Shown here: positions 11,741 through 26,427 of the stretch, piece by piece
Layout: each line of letters opens with the position of its first letter
How positions within the stretch are numbered: position 1 is the stretch's first letter
Source: Eledone cirrhosa
Lineage: Eukaryota
DNA length: 64,000 bases
Assembly (NCBI GenBank): GCA_964016885.1
Contig: OZ024741.1
Coordinates: forward strand, 285,386,001 to 285,450,000
Direction of reading: 5' to 3'
Position numbers and translations under genes: made by a program
The notes under the pieces: model-generated
Seen by the model: only the letters and a program-made list of their open reading frames with translations
Database searches by the model: none
Told to the model about the DNA's origin: nothing

Positions 11741-13784
11741 ACATTATCATTGGTATCTCAAGTTGTCGTCACGTGTACCATTGCTTCGTAAGGTTTGTTG
11801 ATTTTCCCTTTAATTAAACGTCATAGTTCGTATTGGTCAATGCTGTACATAGCCTGAACATTATGTTATTCCAGAATATGTAATTAACTTTGTATTGAAT
11901 TTAAGTGACTGCGCTTGATTTCATGGTTATAGTGTTCAACTTCGATCCTCAGTGACGCATTGTCCATTATTTCATGTTATTTTTGTCTTCTCAGGTGGCA
12001 AAACAAGAGTTGCATCTGTAATTTAAAATGCCAGTCTTGTCATAAACTGTCTCACGCTGGATCTCCCTGAGTTCTACATTAAAGGTGGACGTGTCTGTGG
12101 AATGCCAAGCCATTTGCTCGTAATTTCACGAGCAGGCGGTTCTGTTCTAGGAAAAATTAGAATACTTGTCGATGGAACTTACAGACACCCTAAGCATTGA
12201 TTCAATTGTCTATGAACATAAGTATTGGGAAGTTTGGTTTTCAATACAACTCCCTGCCTTGGGTGTATGATATTAAGATGACACTCTCAATATTTTCGCG
12301 CCTAAAACCTACAATTGTACAGGATATGGAAATATGGTTTACTTGGGAGATTATTCATGTATAGGCAGCCATCCTCTCAGCAATTTTGTAAGAGCAGAAA
12401 AAAAGTTCCTGAAGTCTTTCAAAACACGAATGAAGAAATTAAGCGCAATAAGAACGTTAACGTTTTTCTTTTATATGTTATCTTATCATTTCTAACGATA
12501 GCAAATAAAAGAACAAGACCAACAACAGCAACAACAGCATCACAAACAAAAACAATAAAAAAGTATTTCTTATAAATTAGTGAAGCGCTGTCAGTAAGTG
12601 TACTTTACCCAATTTCTCAACTATTATTTATAGAAAACGACTGTTATTACAGTTATTTTCTGCTTTTGGGACTCTCACTTTCAAAAATTATTTCTGTTTA
12701 TTATTTATTATTTCTTTTAACAATGATTTCAAATGGATATAACCTCTAAATTTAAAAGCATAATAAAATATGTCCAATGTATATATCGGTTTCTTAACAA
12801 GCAGATGCTACCAAATCAATAGTGAACGTAGTAATAATCTCACTTTAGGTGCTCAAACTTTATTTCCTAGTGGCATATGTTGTACTGCTAAGAAATAAAG
12901 GATATGTAGATTACAGAGACGTTTTCTTAAAACTACACCTGGTCATTAGTAATAATGCTTTCGATGTTCTGCCTCCAGCTAACAGCTACATTTTATCTCT
13001 TATATTTAATGTAATATCAACAATCTACCATTTGAAATGCTTTGAAGTGCATTATGGATTTTTCGTTTCAGCCTTATCGAGAATAGACTTTATATTTACA
13101 TTATGTACGTAGAATCCATTCAACTTTCTGTAATACTGAACGTCGATTGAAGACCATAGCTATCTGCCCAGATGAAAACAATTTGCTATGAGAGAATGAA
13201 ATCGAACCTGACATAAGGTGAAAGATTCCACTCATTAAATTATTTTTTTTGTTAGATTAAAACATTTTGATATTATTCCTTTAAGAATGTTCTTCTAGCA
13301 AATAGCAAGCTGTCTAGAAAATACGTTTGATTTTGACACTCACTTAACTCACTAAGGTTTAGATGTATTGCACTATCCACGTTTGATAAATGATGATCGT
13401 TTGACTAAACAAAAAAAAAGCCATTATATAATGGACACGGATATAGTGGATTGTATTGATTTTATGTATCTTAGAAGGGTGGAATATATATTCGAGCAAA
13501 ACTGGTTTAGGTATCATAAACTTCCATTTTTTGTCACCTGGTTTTCAATAACATATTTACTGAAATGTCCTACTTCAAATGTTTTCGTGTGTACATCAAA
13601 GTCTTCTTATATCATGTTACATTAGAGTTTGACTTTCAAACAGAATAATAAGGCATAAACAAGTGTGTTACTGGCGTAGAAGCTTGAATGTCGTATTTAC
13701 TCGTTATAATATGGAAATATAACATACGAAAAGATACGGATATAAAAAGTAAAATGCAAACACCTAGACCAGACTCACTATAAA

Positions 13785-14350
13785 TGCTGGAAGCACCAAT
13801 ATACTAGAAAAGGTAATTCACTGGCATTTATGTAAACTAGATAATTTTACCACATTCTGAGAAGTGGGATGAGCATAAGACAGAGTCGGTGATAGAAAAC
13901 GATCAAGTGAAGGTGCTATGGGATTTCAGGATACAGACAGACAAGAAATTAGAACACAATAGGACTGACCTGGTGGTTTTTGACAAGGAAAAGAGATCGT
14001 GCCTGATTGTTGATGTAGCCTGCCCCTTTGACACAAGAGTGCAAGAAAAGGAGTGCAGGAAAATTAACCGATACCAGGATTTAAAGTGGGAATTAAAAAG
14101 GATTTGGGACTATCATAAGATCAAGGTCGTCCCAATTGTCATAGTAACACTAGGTACTATCTCGAAGAGTTTTCATGGATGGTTAAAGAACATTAGTCCA
14201 GCCCCCACCTTTGGAAATCTTCAGAAGGCATGCTTGCTGGGAACAGCAAGATCACTCCGATACGTCCTGAATATCTGAGGATGCATGTAGCGGCTTGATA
14301 TTCATTTGAACAAACTTTCCAGTTAAATAACATCAATGACAGACTCCAAG
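13785..14350 (+). mobile_element. R4/Dong-type non-LTR retrotransposon 3' fragment (restriction-like endonuclease)
   Basis: VLWDFRIQTDKKLEHNRTDLVV..IVDVACPFD..KINRYQDL..IVIVTLG is a PD-(D/E)xK RLE signature. It ends in TAA-like repeats. Confidence 0.85.
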
Positions 14351-14449
14351 AAAAATAATATTAATAATAGTAATAGTGGAGAGAGAGGGGGGAGGGAGTA
14401 TGTGGCTCACATCGTATCCGAGAGAAAACTCCTGGCCCAAACTCCTTAT

Positions 14450-15000
14450 AAAGGCATGATATTTTAGGAAAAGTGATCCACTGGCATTTGTGCAAATTGA
14501 CTGATTTAACCCACGCTGACCGGTGGTATGAATATAATAGAATCAGTGATGGAAAACGACCGGCTGAAGGTCTTATGGGATTTCAGAATACAAACTGATA
14601 AAGAATTAGAACACAATAGGCCTGGCTGGCGGTTTTCGAAAAATGCAACACCGTGCTCGATTATAGATGTAGCTTGCTCCTTCGACACAAGCATACAGGA
14701 AAACGAGAGGGAAAACATTGACCGGTACCATGACCTGAATTGGGAACTGAAAAGGATGTGGAACTGTCATGAGATCAAGGTAATCCCTATCGTTATGTGA
14801 ACATTGTGTACCATCTAAAAGAGTTTCCAAGGCTGGCTAAAGACAATCATCCCATCCCTGTTTTGGTGCTCTTCACAAGGTATTCCTACTTGGAACGGCA
14901 AAGACCCTCCGATACGTCCAGAATATTTGAGGTTGTGGTAGCAGCTTGATATTCATTAGGGCAATTATTCCAGTTGAATTATGACTGATTTATCAAGTTA
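14450..15000 (+). mobile_element. Second R4/Dong-type RLE 3' fragment, frameshifted
   Basis: ENDRLKVLWDFRIQTDKELEHNRP..IIDVACSFD, with a 3' UTR similar to 14280-14345. Confidence 0.8.
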
Positions 15001-16878
15001 AAAAAAACAAAAAACAAAAAAAAAAAAAAAACAACAATTTAATGATCTCTTCATTAGCTACACAGGGCTCACATTAAGAAAACATTAAGGATGGAATATA
15101 ACAGTACAGTTCAGCACATGACGGTACAGTATGGATTTTGGCGTGTAAAATGTTTATGTTGAAAATCTAATCAAACACCGGTTATTACTCGACAAATCTT
15201 GCAAATAAAACAAACAGAACAAATATGTTCACCAGAAGAACACATTTATTTCTTTAACAGTTACATTTTCTCCAAAATACGAAAGAACGGTAATAGTTTC
15301 GTATAAAATATGAAAATACAATAATCGTGATCTAAAAATAACTTTGGATACTAGCAGACAAATTAATTTATACCACAAATAACGAACATAAAACAAACAA
15401 GTAAAAAATACAAATAACAGCGAGAAGAAAAAAAAAACTTTTAAGATTGTAAATCACGAAGAGAGAGCTAAAATATACAAAAAATAAAGAAGTCAATAAC
15501 AAAGCAAAATCAAATCAAAACCCGGAATGCCTACAGAATACTGATCAACTACAAACTAGAACAGCGCACAAAACAAATTATGAATAAAAGTGAGTCTGAG
15601 AAAAAAAAAAAAAAGAATATTCCAGATGTGACAATAACCTAAAGGTGGAAATAGTTAAGGAATTCAAATCTATGGATATGCCTAGGAACAAATGAAAGTT
15701 CCCCCGGCGAATAGATTTGAATGATAAAATGGTAATAACTTACACCTGAATTTCAATACCACAAGGATATATTAAATAATATATACAGAATTTACAGAGA
15801 TGCTACCTCATGTCTACAAATATACGTATATCAAAAACCACGGAAATAAATGTCGAAATAAATACATAATAAATACAATAAAGAAAAGGCACAAATAAAT
15901 AGGGTGAGACAATAAAAGTGATATATGACAAAAACAATATAGCAACCGAAATCAAAGAACACCTGAAACATGGGATCTTGGCTAAATCGAAAAAAAATAA
16001 AAAACACATTGTTAATAAAAACGATGAGGATACTTTGAATAAAACGAACAATCTGATTCCTATCAAGAAAAGTAAAATATTCCTAAATAGAACAATGAAA
16101 CCATACCCACAGAGAATATTGTATAAAACAATACGAGTTATACATGAAAAGTCATGGTAAGTAATACTAACTCAAGTAAACGTCCAGATGCGACAAGAAA
16201 CAAACAAAAGGATAGATGAATTATTTAAAAAACACTTTAAGTTGTTGAAATCTTTAACAAGTACAATAAAGTATTTGTAAAAAATATTTAACCATAAAAA
16301 ATGCCATAAAAACAACTGGTGGACTCATTTTACTATACTTCCTTAATAATTAATTAATTAAAAACACAGAAAACCGTGCCTGCCTTCCTAGAGTTTATAA
16401 AGCCGTTATTGGCAGGAATAAATAAATACATGAGAAAACAACTAATTTTCAGACAAACAGAAATGTTATTTTAAAAGTTTATGAATATAAACATAAATTA
16501 CTAATTAATAAAGCCGTCACCGTAGGATCTAGAAGAATGAAGAATGGTTTATGCATGAAATATATCAACTATAAAAAAGCTTTTGAAAGTACTCTCTTCC
16601 CATGGCTTCAGTAAATATGTGGTATGAGTAAGTTAGCACCAATAATAAGTAGGTTCATCAACCCTGACGTAAAAAATAGTAAATAATTTTGCAGAAAGAA
16701 ATACATGAGTGAGTTATAAAAATAAATTTCTTCAACAGAAGAGAATATTCCATGGTAATTATTGTATTCATTGCTTTTCAGTTGAAAGTTTAAGTTACGG
16801 GACATAAACAGATACAAACATATCCCACCCGACACACACACACATAAACACAGAGAGACACCTATAGATACACATATA

Positions 16879-16977
16879 TGTGTGTCCCACAAATCTATAC
16901 ACTCTTCAACAGCATTCTAATAAATGTTGCTTGTACAGGTAATTAAATAGTGTATACATTCCTTGGGACATCCTGTA
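16879..16977. mobile_element. Tc1/mariner-type MITE (~100 bp), decayed
   Basis: Same internal sequence as 59198-59299, with TIR remnants GTGTCCC.../...GGGACATCCTGTA. Confidence 0.6.
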
Positions 16978-17720
16978 TATATAAACATGGTTGCCTTCAA
17001 TGACAGCAGCATGTAAGTCAGGTAAACAGTAGCCGATAAAGAGAAAACTAAAGTTATGAGTGGGGTGACAGTTAGATGAAACTTAGAGATGATATGATTG
17101 AGAAAGGAATGATTTGTCTGTCTGTTTGTTTCGTAACCTTAGGAACTACTCGATTTGCTTTATTTTCCAGTAGAAGGGGATGATGTCTTATAAAACTAAA
17201 ACTTCACGTAACCTTACCATAATAGTAAATACGCAAATATCTAAAAATTATGTAAGATATCAAAATGTCAAGAGCTTCAGCAACTTGAATGGGACATTTT
17301 TCATAGTGTCTTGCTGTAACGACACTTAACTTTCTTGTGAGGATAATCTGAGTAGAAATATGCATTACAAAGGCATCACAGCTTATCATTCTATGCAGTG
17401 CAACCTTCCGAAAAAAAAAAGAAAAAACTGTGCATGAATGAATTTCTAGGTTATAACCACTTAGATATTTCTAACTAAAGCAATAATAATAATTTTCTAT
17501 GAAAAGGAGTATCACATAAATGTAAATAGTAGGAGCACTGAGCATAGAAGTGACAAAGGGGAAGCAGTCCAGTATATTCTTCGGTAAAATCCTGTCTGTT
17601 AACATTACCTTGTCAAAACCATTTGTATAAAGAAATCACAAACAGGAAATATAACATTCCTTACTTGTATATACCCCCACCATCACCCCATCCCCACACT
17701 CTACCTCATATCTATCTATC

Positions 17721-17904
17721 GAGGGTTGTTCTATCTACGGGGTGCAAAACAACCACACAGTAACTTTTCCCCCTATTGGGAATTTCGATTGTTATTTTAT
17801 TTTATATATAGTTTATTCATTAATGTTATATCATTTTTACGTAAAAACCCCGCTGTCACGTCTTGTAATGTCCCATTTTTGCACACCTTTGTGGCAAATA
17901 AAGA

Positions 17905-17941
<37 letters not shown>
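17721..17941 (+). mobile_element. Tx1-type LINE 3' UTR fragment with (TATC)n tail
   Basis: Matches 63028-63218. Preceded and followed by (TATC)n. Confidence 0.8.
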
Positions 17942-18153
17942 CGCATAGTATAGACGCTTACAACATCGGCTCCTGCCTTTTTGAATTTTTACCTATTGAC
18001 AGTAAGTGTTTGTTTCTTTATTGTGTTGTCTTCGTGTCTTTTGACCACCCGGCCAGGTCTGTAGACGGGTGGACATCGTATTTTTACCCCTTTTGGGGGT
18101 AAAAACTACTCCTAAAAATTTTTTGCTGACTCACATGGTAAAAAATTGACGCC

Positions 18154-19977
18154 ATGTCTGTAGCACGTGTGAACGAAAACGCCACGCTCACTAAGGAAGA
18201 AGAGAGAAAGAAGCAAGCGGTACAAAGCGCTTTGCTTTCCCGCGTCAACGTTTTAAAAGACATTGTAAAAGGCGATATGCCTGACAAACAAGTAAATACG
18301 GGTGCAAACCCAATTAATTACAACGAAAACACTAACAATAACAAAACCAACACACCAAATGAGAAAGACAACAACAACAAAAATGAAAATAACTCAAACT
18401 ACGAGAAAGAGAACAACGAGAAACAGAACAACTCAAACACCAACAACGAAAACAAAATATCTTTTGCACAGACTGCTAAAATATCAGTCACCTATGTGCT
18501 TGAGGATATAACAAATGCTAAAGAAATGCTTGAAAAAGCAAAAAAATATGTATCTTTTGGCAAAAATGGATCTTTTTCCATCAATTCGCCCCCAGAACTA
18601 AAAAAACAGAGGGAATTACGAACTGTTGTATTCCGTACAATTGCGAACAAAACAAGAAAACCAGCACAACCATCTCAAGCTGAAATTCAGTTGGTCCTGA
18701 AAGAGGCTATGAAAGATATAATTTTCATACAAAAGGATAAACTCTATGGGAGTTTATCCATATTGATGAAAGACGAATTGGCGGCGAAAAAATACTCTGT
18801 GTCGCCAATTCGTTCCACGCATTACACCTTTTTTCCAACCTACATGGGTAAAAAAACCCAAAGAATTTGGATAACCCCCATCACCCCAAACATAAACTAC
18901 TGGTGGTTACTAACCGGTTTCCTCAACTTGGACGAGGACAACCTTATATCAATAGGGAAGGCGTCCGGCGACGCGTTCAGTGGAACGAGCATTGAAGTTC
19001 TGACCCAAATAAGGCCAGAACGTATCGCCCAAATCCTTGAACGCGTCATGCTGGATGACCGTACCCACCTCAACATTATTGTGGAGGGTAGGCGTCCCTC
19101 ATGTTACCTCTGTGGTAACATAGGTCACCTGAGGGCTGCCTGTCCCCAGATCACACCGAAAAAACCATTGCTACCAACACCCTAACAACAACATCAAAAA
19201 CAACCAACGCCACCACCACTCCAACAACAACAACAAAAACAACCACAACAACAACAACAAAAACCAACAACACCACCACCACAACAACAACAAACACGAG
19301 AAAAAAACAACACAGAACACTGTCCCACCAAACCCCTCCCCACCCAAAACAAATAAAAAAACACACACACCGCAAACACTACCAGAAAATATACCCCTCC
19401 CACCCAACAAGGAAGACGAACCCCTTTCGTCGCAAGACGAAAAAGATCCCTTCAAAATAGTAAAAAGAAAGAAGAGGAGGCGCACCACAGACACACTTAT
19501 TAACATAAACCCTCCCCAAGAGAAAACAAACTATATACAAACCACCCCTCCTCTTCGCACAACACTAACTGGTACGCGAAAAAGAGACTTTACAATGTAC
19601 ATACATGAACACAAACAACAAAGAACTAATGAACACAATTTCATCAAACACTTTGGTCCAAACTGAAGGGCCTAACTTTCTAACTGCTGTGGGACTACCT
19701 CATTTAAAAATGGTTAAAGTCCCAATGAACTTGTTCAAAACATTGAAAATAAATTTCATGGAGGACGTGCCCCCCTCCCCCCCCCTGAACCAAGCCAATC
19801 AACCGCGTCCTCCTAAAAAATTCCCTCCCCCACCCAGGCACCCACTAAACTACAAACACCCCAACCCCACAACACACTGATGCCCCTACACTTCCACAAA
19901 CCACCACCCCACCCAACAACCCATCCCCTACCCTCATGGAAATTGAGAGGCCCGCTCCCCGGGGCGCAGAGAGGTAA
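18154..19977 (+). pseudogene. Tx1 ORF1 (gag-like, zinc knuckle), interrupted
   Basis: 343-aa ORF ending in EGRRPSCYLCGNIGHLRAAC. A Thr/Pro-rich continuation after the stop at 19185 runs to a TAA just before ORF2. Confidence 0.8.
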
Positions 19978-20001
19978 TTTCCTTTTCTCCTTACCACCAA
20001 C

Positions 20002-23000
20002 ATGGCCGCGTTGAGAGTAGGGTGTCTAAATGCGCGTGGCCTGGGCTCATATTGGAAGCAAGCAATGCTTCTAAATGACCTCAGGTCACAATGTATAGAT
20101 GTGATGGTTATCTGCGAGGCGCGGATCAGCAACGTGCGACAGCTGGCCCCCACCTTTGATGACTTTGAGATGCACGCATCTCTCTGTCAGCCCGGTGCTG
20201 GGGGTGGGGTTGTCGTTCTGCTGCAAAAACATCTGGGTCTCGCCACACAGATAGTTCACTTGGACCCAGGGGGTCGACTGGTGGTTCTGGACCTTGGCAG
20301 TGGTGAAGGTGGAGCCTTTAGGCTGGTAGCCGCATATGCCTCTTTTGGGACAGAGCGACCCGACTTCTTCCAGCGTCTGCAGTCTTTTCTAGGGAGGTCC
20401 CGTTCCCTGCTTTTAGTGGGGGACTGGAATGGTATCCTGGATGCACGTTAGAACTATGCAGGGTCATGTCCCAATAGAGAGGGGTGTAACAGCCTCAAGG
20501 AGTTACTCGGCCGATTTGACCTGGCCGATAGATTTCGACTAGATTTTCCGACTGTGCCAACCTGGTCTTGGTCAAACCGCAGTGGTCAATCTAGATCGTA
20601 CCTAGATAGGTTCTTAGTTAGAAATAAGGATAGGGACATTTTAAGTTGTCCAGAAATGCTCATGGCTGGCTATTCAAACCACAAGTTAGTGACCTGCATG
20701 GTCAACATTGATAGAACGCATAGACAGGGTCCCGTTACTGGAAGCTGAACTTGTCCTTACCGGCAAGTAAAGCTTACAGGGACCGGATTAGTTAAGGAGC
20801 GGTTGACTGGAGCGATCGTCAACAGCAGTTGGTGGGTATCTCTAAAGAGTGATTAGATTAGTCTCGATAGAATTTAGTAAGGTTTTAGCTGCGGATAGGA
20901 ATAGGAAGGAAAGGGAGCTGATAGGCAGAGTAGAAGAGGCAATTAGAAGCGGCGACGTGGCCAGAGTGCTAGCGTCAAGAACGGCTTTGAGCCAGTTTTT
21001 CGACGCGAAGCACGAAGGCTGCGTTGTCCGAAGTAAAATACGTGCTCTAGGAAACGAGGGGACCAAAGCTGATAGCTGGGCCCGCGTGACAGAAGCCAAG
21101 AGTGTAATTAAATCCACCATCCGGTCTTTGCGAGACCAGGATGGACGGGCGATCCTTGAACCTAAGCAGATGTGTGAGGCCTTTCAAAGGCACTTTGCCC
21201 GATTGTTCGGAAGGGACGGGGAGCCGGTTGGAGAAGTGGACTTAGGTCCATACCTCGACGGCCTGCCGCGTCTTTCGGACGAGGAGGCGAAGTCCTGCGA
21301 GGAGCCGATTTCAGCCGCTGAGATAGAGGACGGGCTGAGCCAATGCGGCAAACGCAAATCCCAGGGTCTCGATGGTCTTCCATACGAACTATATCTAGCT
21401 ATGCCGGACTTGTTCCCCGATCTCCTCGAGGCGGTCTACTGCAAATGGCAACATAACGGGAGAATTCCCTGTTCTGTGCACAAGGGCGTAGTCACGCTAG
21501 TGAGGAAGGACGAGAACAAGGGGATGAAATAAGTAACTTCAGGCTCATAACTCTGCTAAATACAGAGTTACACATTTTGGCCAATGTGTTAGCAAAGAGG
21601 TTGGCGCTTGCCGTGGGCAACCTGGTGGGAGATGCGCAGACATATGCTATCCCGTCCAGGTCCATCCACGACAACCTCTACCTCATGGATACATCATAGA
21701 GAGGGTTGGGAACGAACCCGGCTTTGGTGGGGCCCTGATCAACTTGAATCAATCTAAGGCGTTCGATAGGGTCGACCATGGTTACCTGGATGCGGTGCTA
21801 GCGGCGGTAGGCTTAGGACCCGTTTTCAGGGGCTGGATCAATGCTATGCACAGCTGAGACAATGCGGCAAACGCAAATCTCCAGGTCTCGACGGTCTACC
21901 CTACGAATTTTACGTAGCAATGCCAGACTTATTCTCCGGTCTCCTGGAAGCGGTCTACTGCAACTGGCAGCAGAACGGGAGAATTCCCAGTTCTGTGACC
22001 GGAGGCGTAGTCACAGTAGTCAGGAAGGACGAGAATAAGGGGGATGACATAGGCAACTTCCGGTCCATAACTCTGCTAAACACAGAGTTACAGATTTTGG
22101 CTAAGGTGTTGGCAAAGAGGCTGGCGCATGTTGTCGAGGACCTGGTGGGAGAAGCGCAGACATGCGCAATCCCGACCAGGTCCATACACGACAACCTCCA
22201 CCTCATGCGATACATCATAGAGAGGGTAGGGTGTAAACCCGACTTCGGTGGGGCTCTGATCAACTTAGATCAGTCTAAGGCTTTCGATAGGGTTTACCAT
22301 CGTTACCTGGATGCGGTGCTCGAGGCGGCAGGCTTCGGACCCATGTTCAGGGGCTGGATTGCTGCAATGCACAACAGCAACATCTGCTCAAGGGTCAAGG
22401 TGAACGGCTACCTCTCGGAGCCGTTCCATATCACGCGATCCATTCGACAGGGATGCCCTCTCTCCTCCCTTCTGTACGTACTGACTCTCGAGCCACTACT
22501 GCGGAAGTTGGAGCAATTGCAGAGCATCCCTCTGGAACCGGGACTGCGGAAAGCGGCGTCGGCCTACGCCGACGACGTGACAGTGGTGGTGTCGAGCACA
22601 TCGCAAATCTAGGAAGTCGGCATCTTACGGAAGGAATACGAAAGGTTCACAAGCGCGAAGCTGAACCGGGACAAGTCCATCGGTTTGCAACTCGCAACGT
22701 GGAGAGGCAAACCGATGTCTTCCGATGGCGTCGTCGGACGCTGGACGGAAGGACCGGTAAAGCTGCTCGGGGTTTGGTGAGAAGATCCATCTGCTGCCAA
22801 CACCCTTCCAACGGAGGGCTGGGGTTGCCGTGGCTGACGATGCGCAAACAGGTGCTCAGGCTGCGGCATCTCTACGTATTCCTCACCGGACAACCGGTGT
22901 GGGCCCTGTTCGTGAGGCGAGCCTTCCCACGACTCGTCTCGTTGACCGAGCTGTAGTCCTGGGTCAAGCAAAGACGGAGGAAAATGGGCGACTGGCACAT

Positions 23001-23709
23001 CGAATGTGCTCAGGCGCTCACAGCCCTCTGGCAGACGGCCCCGGCGATCAGTGGAGATTCTACTCCGTCATTCTACAGAGGGTTGATCCGCAGCAAGTGC
23101 GACGACGCGCTAGGTGAAACTCTAGGCGTAGAGGAAGATGAACTGGCCAGTCTGTTCGGTAGGACCATCCTCCCGGGACCGATGGACAACTTCCAAAAGT
23201 CCCTGGCCTGGAAGTTCTACTGAGGAGCTCTCCCAGTTCGAGACAAGCTCTACAGACATGGGCGCCCGGGCAGGAACCCTTCGAAAAGATCTGTCCGAGG
23301 TGCGTGCGAGACGAAGAAACCGTCGCGCACGCATTCATACACTGCCTGAGCGTTACCGACCTGTGGGGCTATGTAGAACAACTATTGTCGCGGGTGGGAC
23401 CAATCCGGTTGACCACCGAGTCCATTGTCATGATCAAACCGCCACCCTTCTTCAAAAAACGAAGGAGAGGCTGTTTTCCTTTGTGTGATAGCTAATGCGA
23501 AAGAGGTTGTATTGTGGACAAGGTTGAAAGGGCTGCGGTCAGACACCTTTCTCTCCGGCCAACAACTGATTCTTTTTTAAAAATACCACTTTGGAAAAAG
23601 AATCAGGATGGAGAGAGAGGTGCTGTACCCCAGCAAGTTTTATGAAAGGTGGGTGAAAGTGGCGAGAATGGCCCGAGTGAATGGGCCTTCTCTCTATATC
23701 AGCCTGTAG
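20002..23709 (+). pseudogene. Tx1 ORF2 (APE endonuclease, reverse transcriptase, zf-RVT), multiple stops/frameshifts
   Basis: LNARGL, VGDWN, SYLDRF, GLDGLPYE, LDQSKAFDRV, RQGCPLS, AYADD and ETVAHAFIHC. Confidence 0.92.
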
Positions 23710-23965
23710 GTTGAGGTAAAAGAGGAAGAGAGGAAAGGGATACAAACTCTTCGTACTCCTGGAGATGTGGGTTGCACAATTTTTCGGGGGTATGTGTTAC
23801 CCATATAAACTGTCTCCCCCTATTGGGGAAAATCGATTAACTTTTAAATTGTATTTGTGATAATATTTTACACGTTTTTATTGTATGTAAACTTCCCCTT
23901 TTGTATTTGTACCCTTCGTTTGTGCCCCTGTGGCTAATAAAGAAACATATCTATTTATCTATCTG

Positions 23966-24021
<56 letters not shown>

Positions 24022-25073
24022 GCTATCTAGCTATCTATCTGTCTGTCTGTCTGTCTGTCTGACCATCTACTAACCTATCTGCGTGTCTGTATAATTATGT
24101 TTGCTTGCTTGTATTAATATTTCTTCTTCTTCTTCTTCAATTGTAACTTTTAGTTTACTACTTTCTTGGCATTTTCATAGTTAAGAAAACGAACAAGTAT
24201 TCCATAATTATTGATGTTAATTATCAATTAGTTGGTATAGTCTATTCAAATAAGATTCGCAGAAATGGTTTTGGAATTTACGTCTCATTTGATTTTCTGA
24301 AGAATAACATTGTTATACAGTTAATTCAAAGGGAAGTCTTTGTGATGCAACTTTGAATTGGCATAGACGCCTTTTAGCCGGCTTATCAAGCATTTTAATC
24401 ACGAACTGAATACAAAAGCGACGTCAACTCTTACAATAAAATGTGCAACGTTTTATACCAGACAAAACAGTAACAAAAAAATATATATTGACCATGATGG
24501 AAGCTAGAAATGCTTCAGAGAATAAATTGATAAATATGTAGTTAAAAAGCAAGCACGAAACAAATATAAATACACTAATATGATGGAGTTATAAATATTT
24601 AAAATATATAAAATATAAATTCAAATCTATGTTGCCGTTTGTATTCTAAATATATTTATCGTTCACCACTAAACAAACCGCAGTAAAAGATTAAAACAAT
24701 TTACAATCTCTTTGTTTTTTCCTGTTACCAGCAATTTGTTAGCAACCTTCAAAGCAGACCGATGGGTTTACAGTTGGAAGTAATCTTATTAAGGGAAATA
24801 ACTATGCGAATAGGTTTAGATTTGATTTCCGGTCGGAAATTTATTTTACTTTCTTGACCGGATCATGTTAATGCCGTCATTCTAGCAATCACAAATAACT
24901 AGATGAATGGTTATTATTGATCATCATCATCATCGTCATCATATTGATCAGCATCTACACAATGGTCACGTGTATCATCATCATTTTCAGTAGAATGATT
25001 ATGATGATGTTGATGATAATGATTATCATCCTCATCCTCGTCATCAACAGCATCATCAATATAACAAAAACAA

Positions 25074-25262
25074 GGCGGTGGATTGGCAGTATCGGTAGAG
25101 GGTCGGACGCCATGCTTTCCAGCATAGTTACGTCCCTTTACGATCTGAGTTCAAATCCCGCCGAGGTTGACTTTGCCTTTCATCCTTACGGGGTCGATAA
25201 AATAAAGTACCAGTAATGAACTGGGTAATTGCTGGCCTTGTGCCTAAAGTAGAAACAAATAT
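25074..25262 (+). mobile_element. SINE, full length
   Basis: GGCGGTG start, A-box TGGCAGTATCGG, B-box GAGTTCAAATCC, core and tail. Confidence 0.88.
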
Positions 25263-25348
25263 TAACAAAAACAATAACGGCAAATATATCAAGCCTCCGT
25301 GGAAGTATTTTCGTGCTAGTTAGTAATAGCAACAATTCCCTCAATACA

Positions 25349-25480
25349 CATACTTTGTACCGTCTTGTAAATGACATACTTTGTACCGTCTTGTAAACGA
25401 CATACTCTGTACGGTCTTGTAAACGACATACTCTGTACCATCTTGTAAACGACATACTCTGTACCGTCTTGTAAACAACA
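25349..25480. repeat. 26-bp minisatellite x5
   Basis: CATACTYTGTACCGTCTTGTAAAYGA units start at 25349, 25375, 25401, 25427 and 25453, with no spacers. Confidence 0.9.
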
Positions 25481-25742
25481 TATTAGATAATGTGGCTTTA
25501 GATAAAAATATTTGAATAAAAAAGGGGATTGGCCTTGCTGTTATCGCCGTCGATATTTATATCAATGCATCCGCACTGTATACCATCCCACTGTGAACGC
25601 TGTGGGACACATAGCTGGCACCAAAACATCTGCTTTCACCGTAGCCGCCACGGGTAATGATGTTGGTGTAAATGTTGTAGCTGGCGTTGTTTTGGTTGAT
25701 GTTGTTGCTGCGGTCGATGTAGTGGTATCAGAAATTGTTTTA

Positions 25743-26095
25743 TTCTTTTTCGGCCAATCCCTCATCAATTTCTTCAAGTTTCAGCTGGAAAGGAAGGTGG
25801 GGTGGAGAGAGAAGTGTTGCCCCCCAGTACATTTGCTAAAAGGTGGATGAATGTGGCGACCATGCGTCTATAGGCTGGCTAATTTGAGGAGATGGGTGCC
25901 CTCCCGGGTGCCCTAGAAGCGTCGGGTGGTTCAGGATTGGGGAATTTATTTTGTTATATTTTTTTAATTTTTGTTATATTTTTGTTAAATTGGTCTTGCC
26001 ATTGTGCACTTTTACTCGAGCTCATTGTAAACCCCCACTGTCCGTGTCTTTGTAATGTCCCCTACATGTCAGCCCTTGTAGCCAACAAAACTATT
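25743..26095 (+). mobile_element. Tx1-type 3' fragment
   Basis: GQSLINFFKFQLERKV plus a 3' UTR like 52225-52480. Confidence 0.75.
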
Positions 26096-26427
26096 CTAAA
26101 TTTTTTTCTATGACTGCGTTTTATTATTTTTTTCTTACTTTCCGTATTGACCTCCAGTCGCTTCTCTCTTCTGTCTTCATTTATATTAATTCATTTATTT
26201 TTTTCTATTTTCTATTCTTTCTTCTGTCCTAAAATGTAAATTTATATTTATTTATTTGCCTATCATTCTTCCTCCCCTAAACCCAATAAGAAGTGTATAT
26301 AAATGGATCTCGGGACAGCTGTCAACATATTAACTCGCATATCTTATGAGATATCGAAGAAGAATCGGCCCAGGAGATTATGATTATACCCTGAGTTGAT
26401 TGATATTGAATCGATTGTAATATACCA

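Larger units (their letters stand above)
17942..24060 (+). mobile_element. Near full-length Tx1/L1-clade LINE inserted in (TATC)n
   Basis: 5' UTR, ORF1 with CCHC knuckle, ORF2 with APE, RT and C-terminal Cys/His region, then AATAAAGAAA and (TATC)n. Confidence 0.92.

Noticed and set aside
15400-16300. A-rich tract with short K/N-rich ORFs as a decayed LINE ORF1
   Set aside because: No diagnostic motif could be identified.
25074-25160. tRNA gene (A and B boxes)
   Set aside because: It is the head of a multi-copy SINE, with no complete cloverleaf.
25349-25480. Regular 26-bp repeats as a CRISPR array
   Set aside because: Units are contiguous with no unique spacers, there are no cas genes, and the context is eukaryotic.
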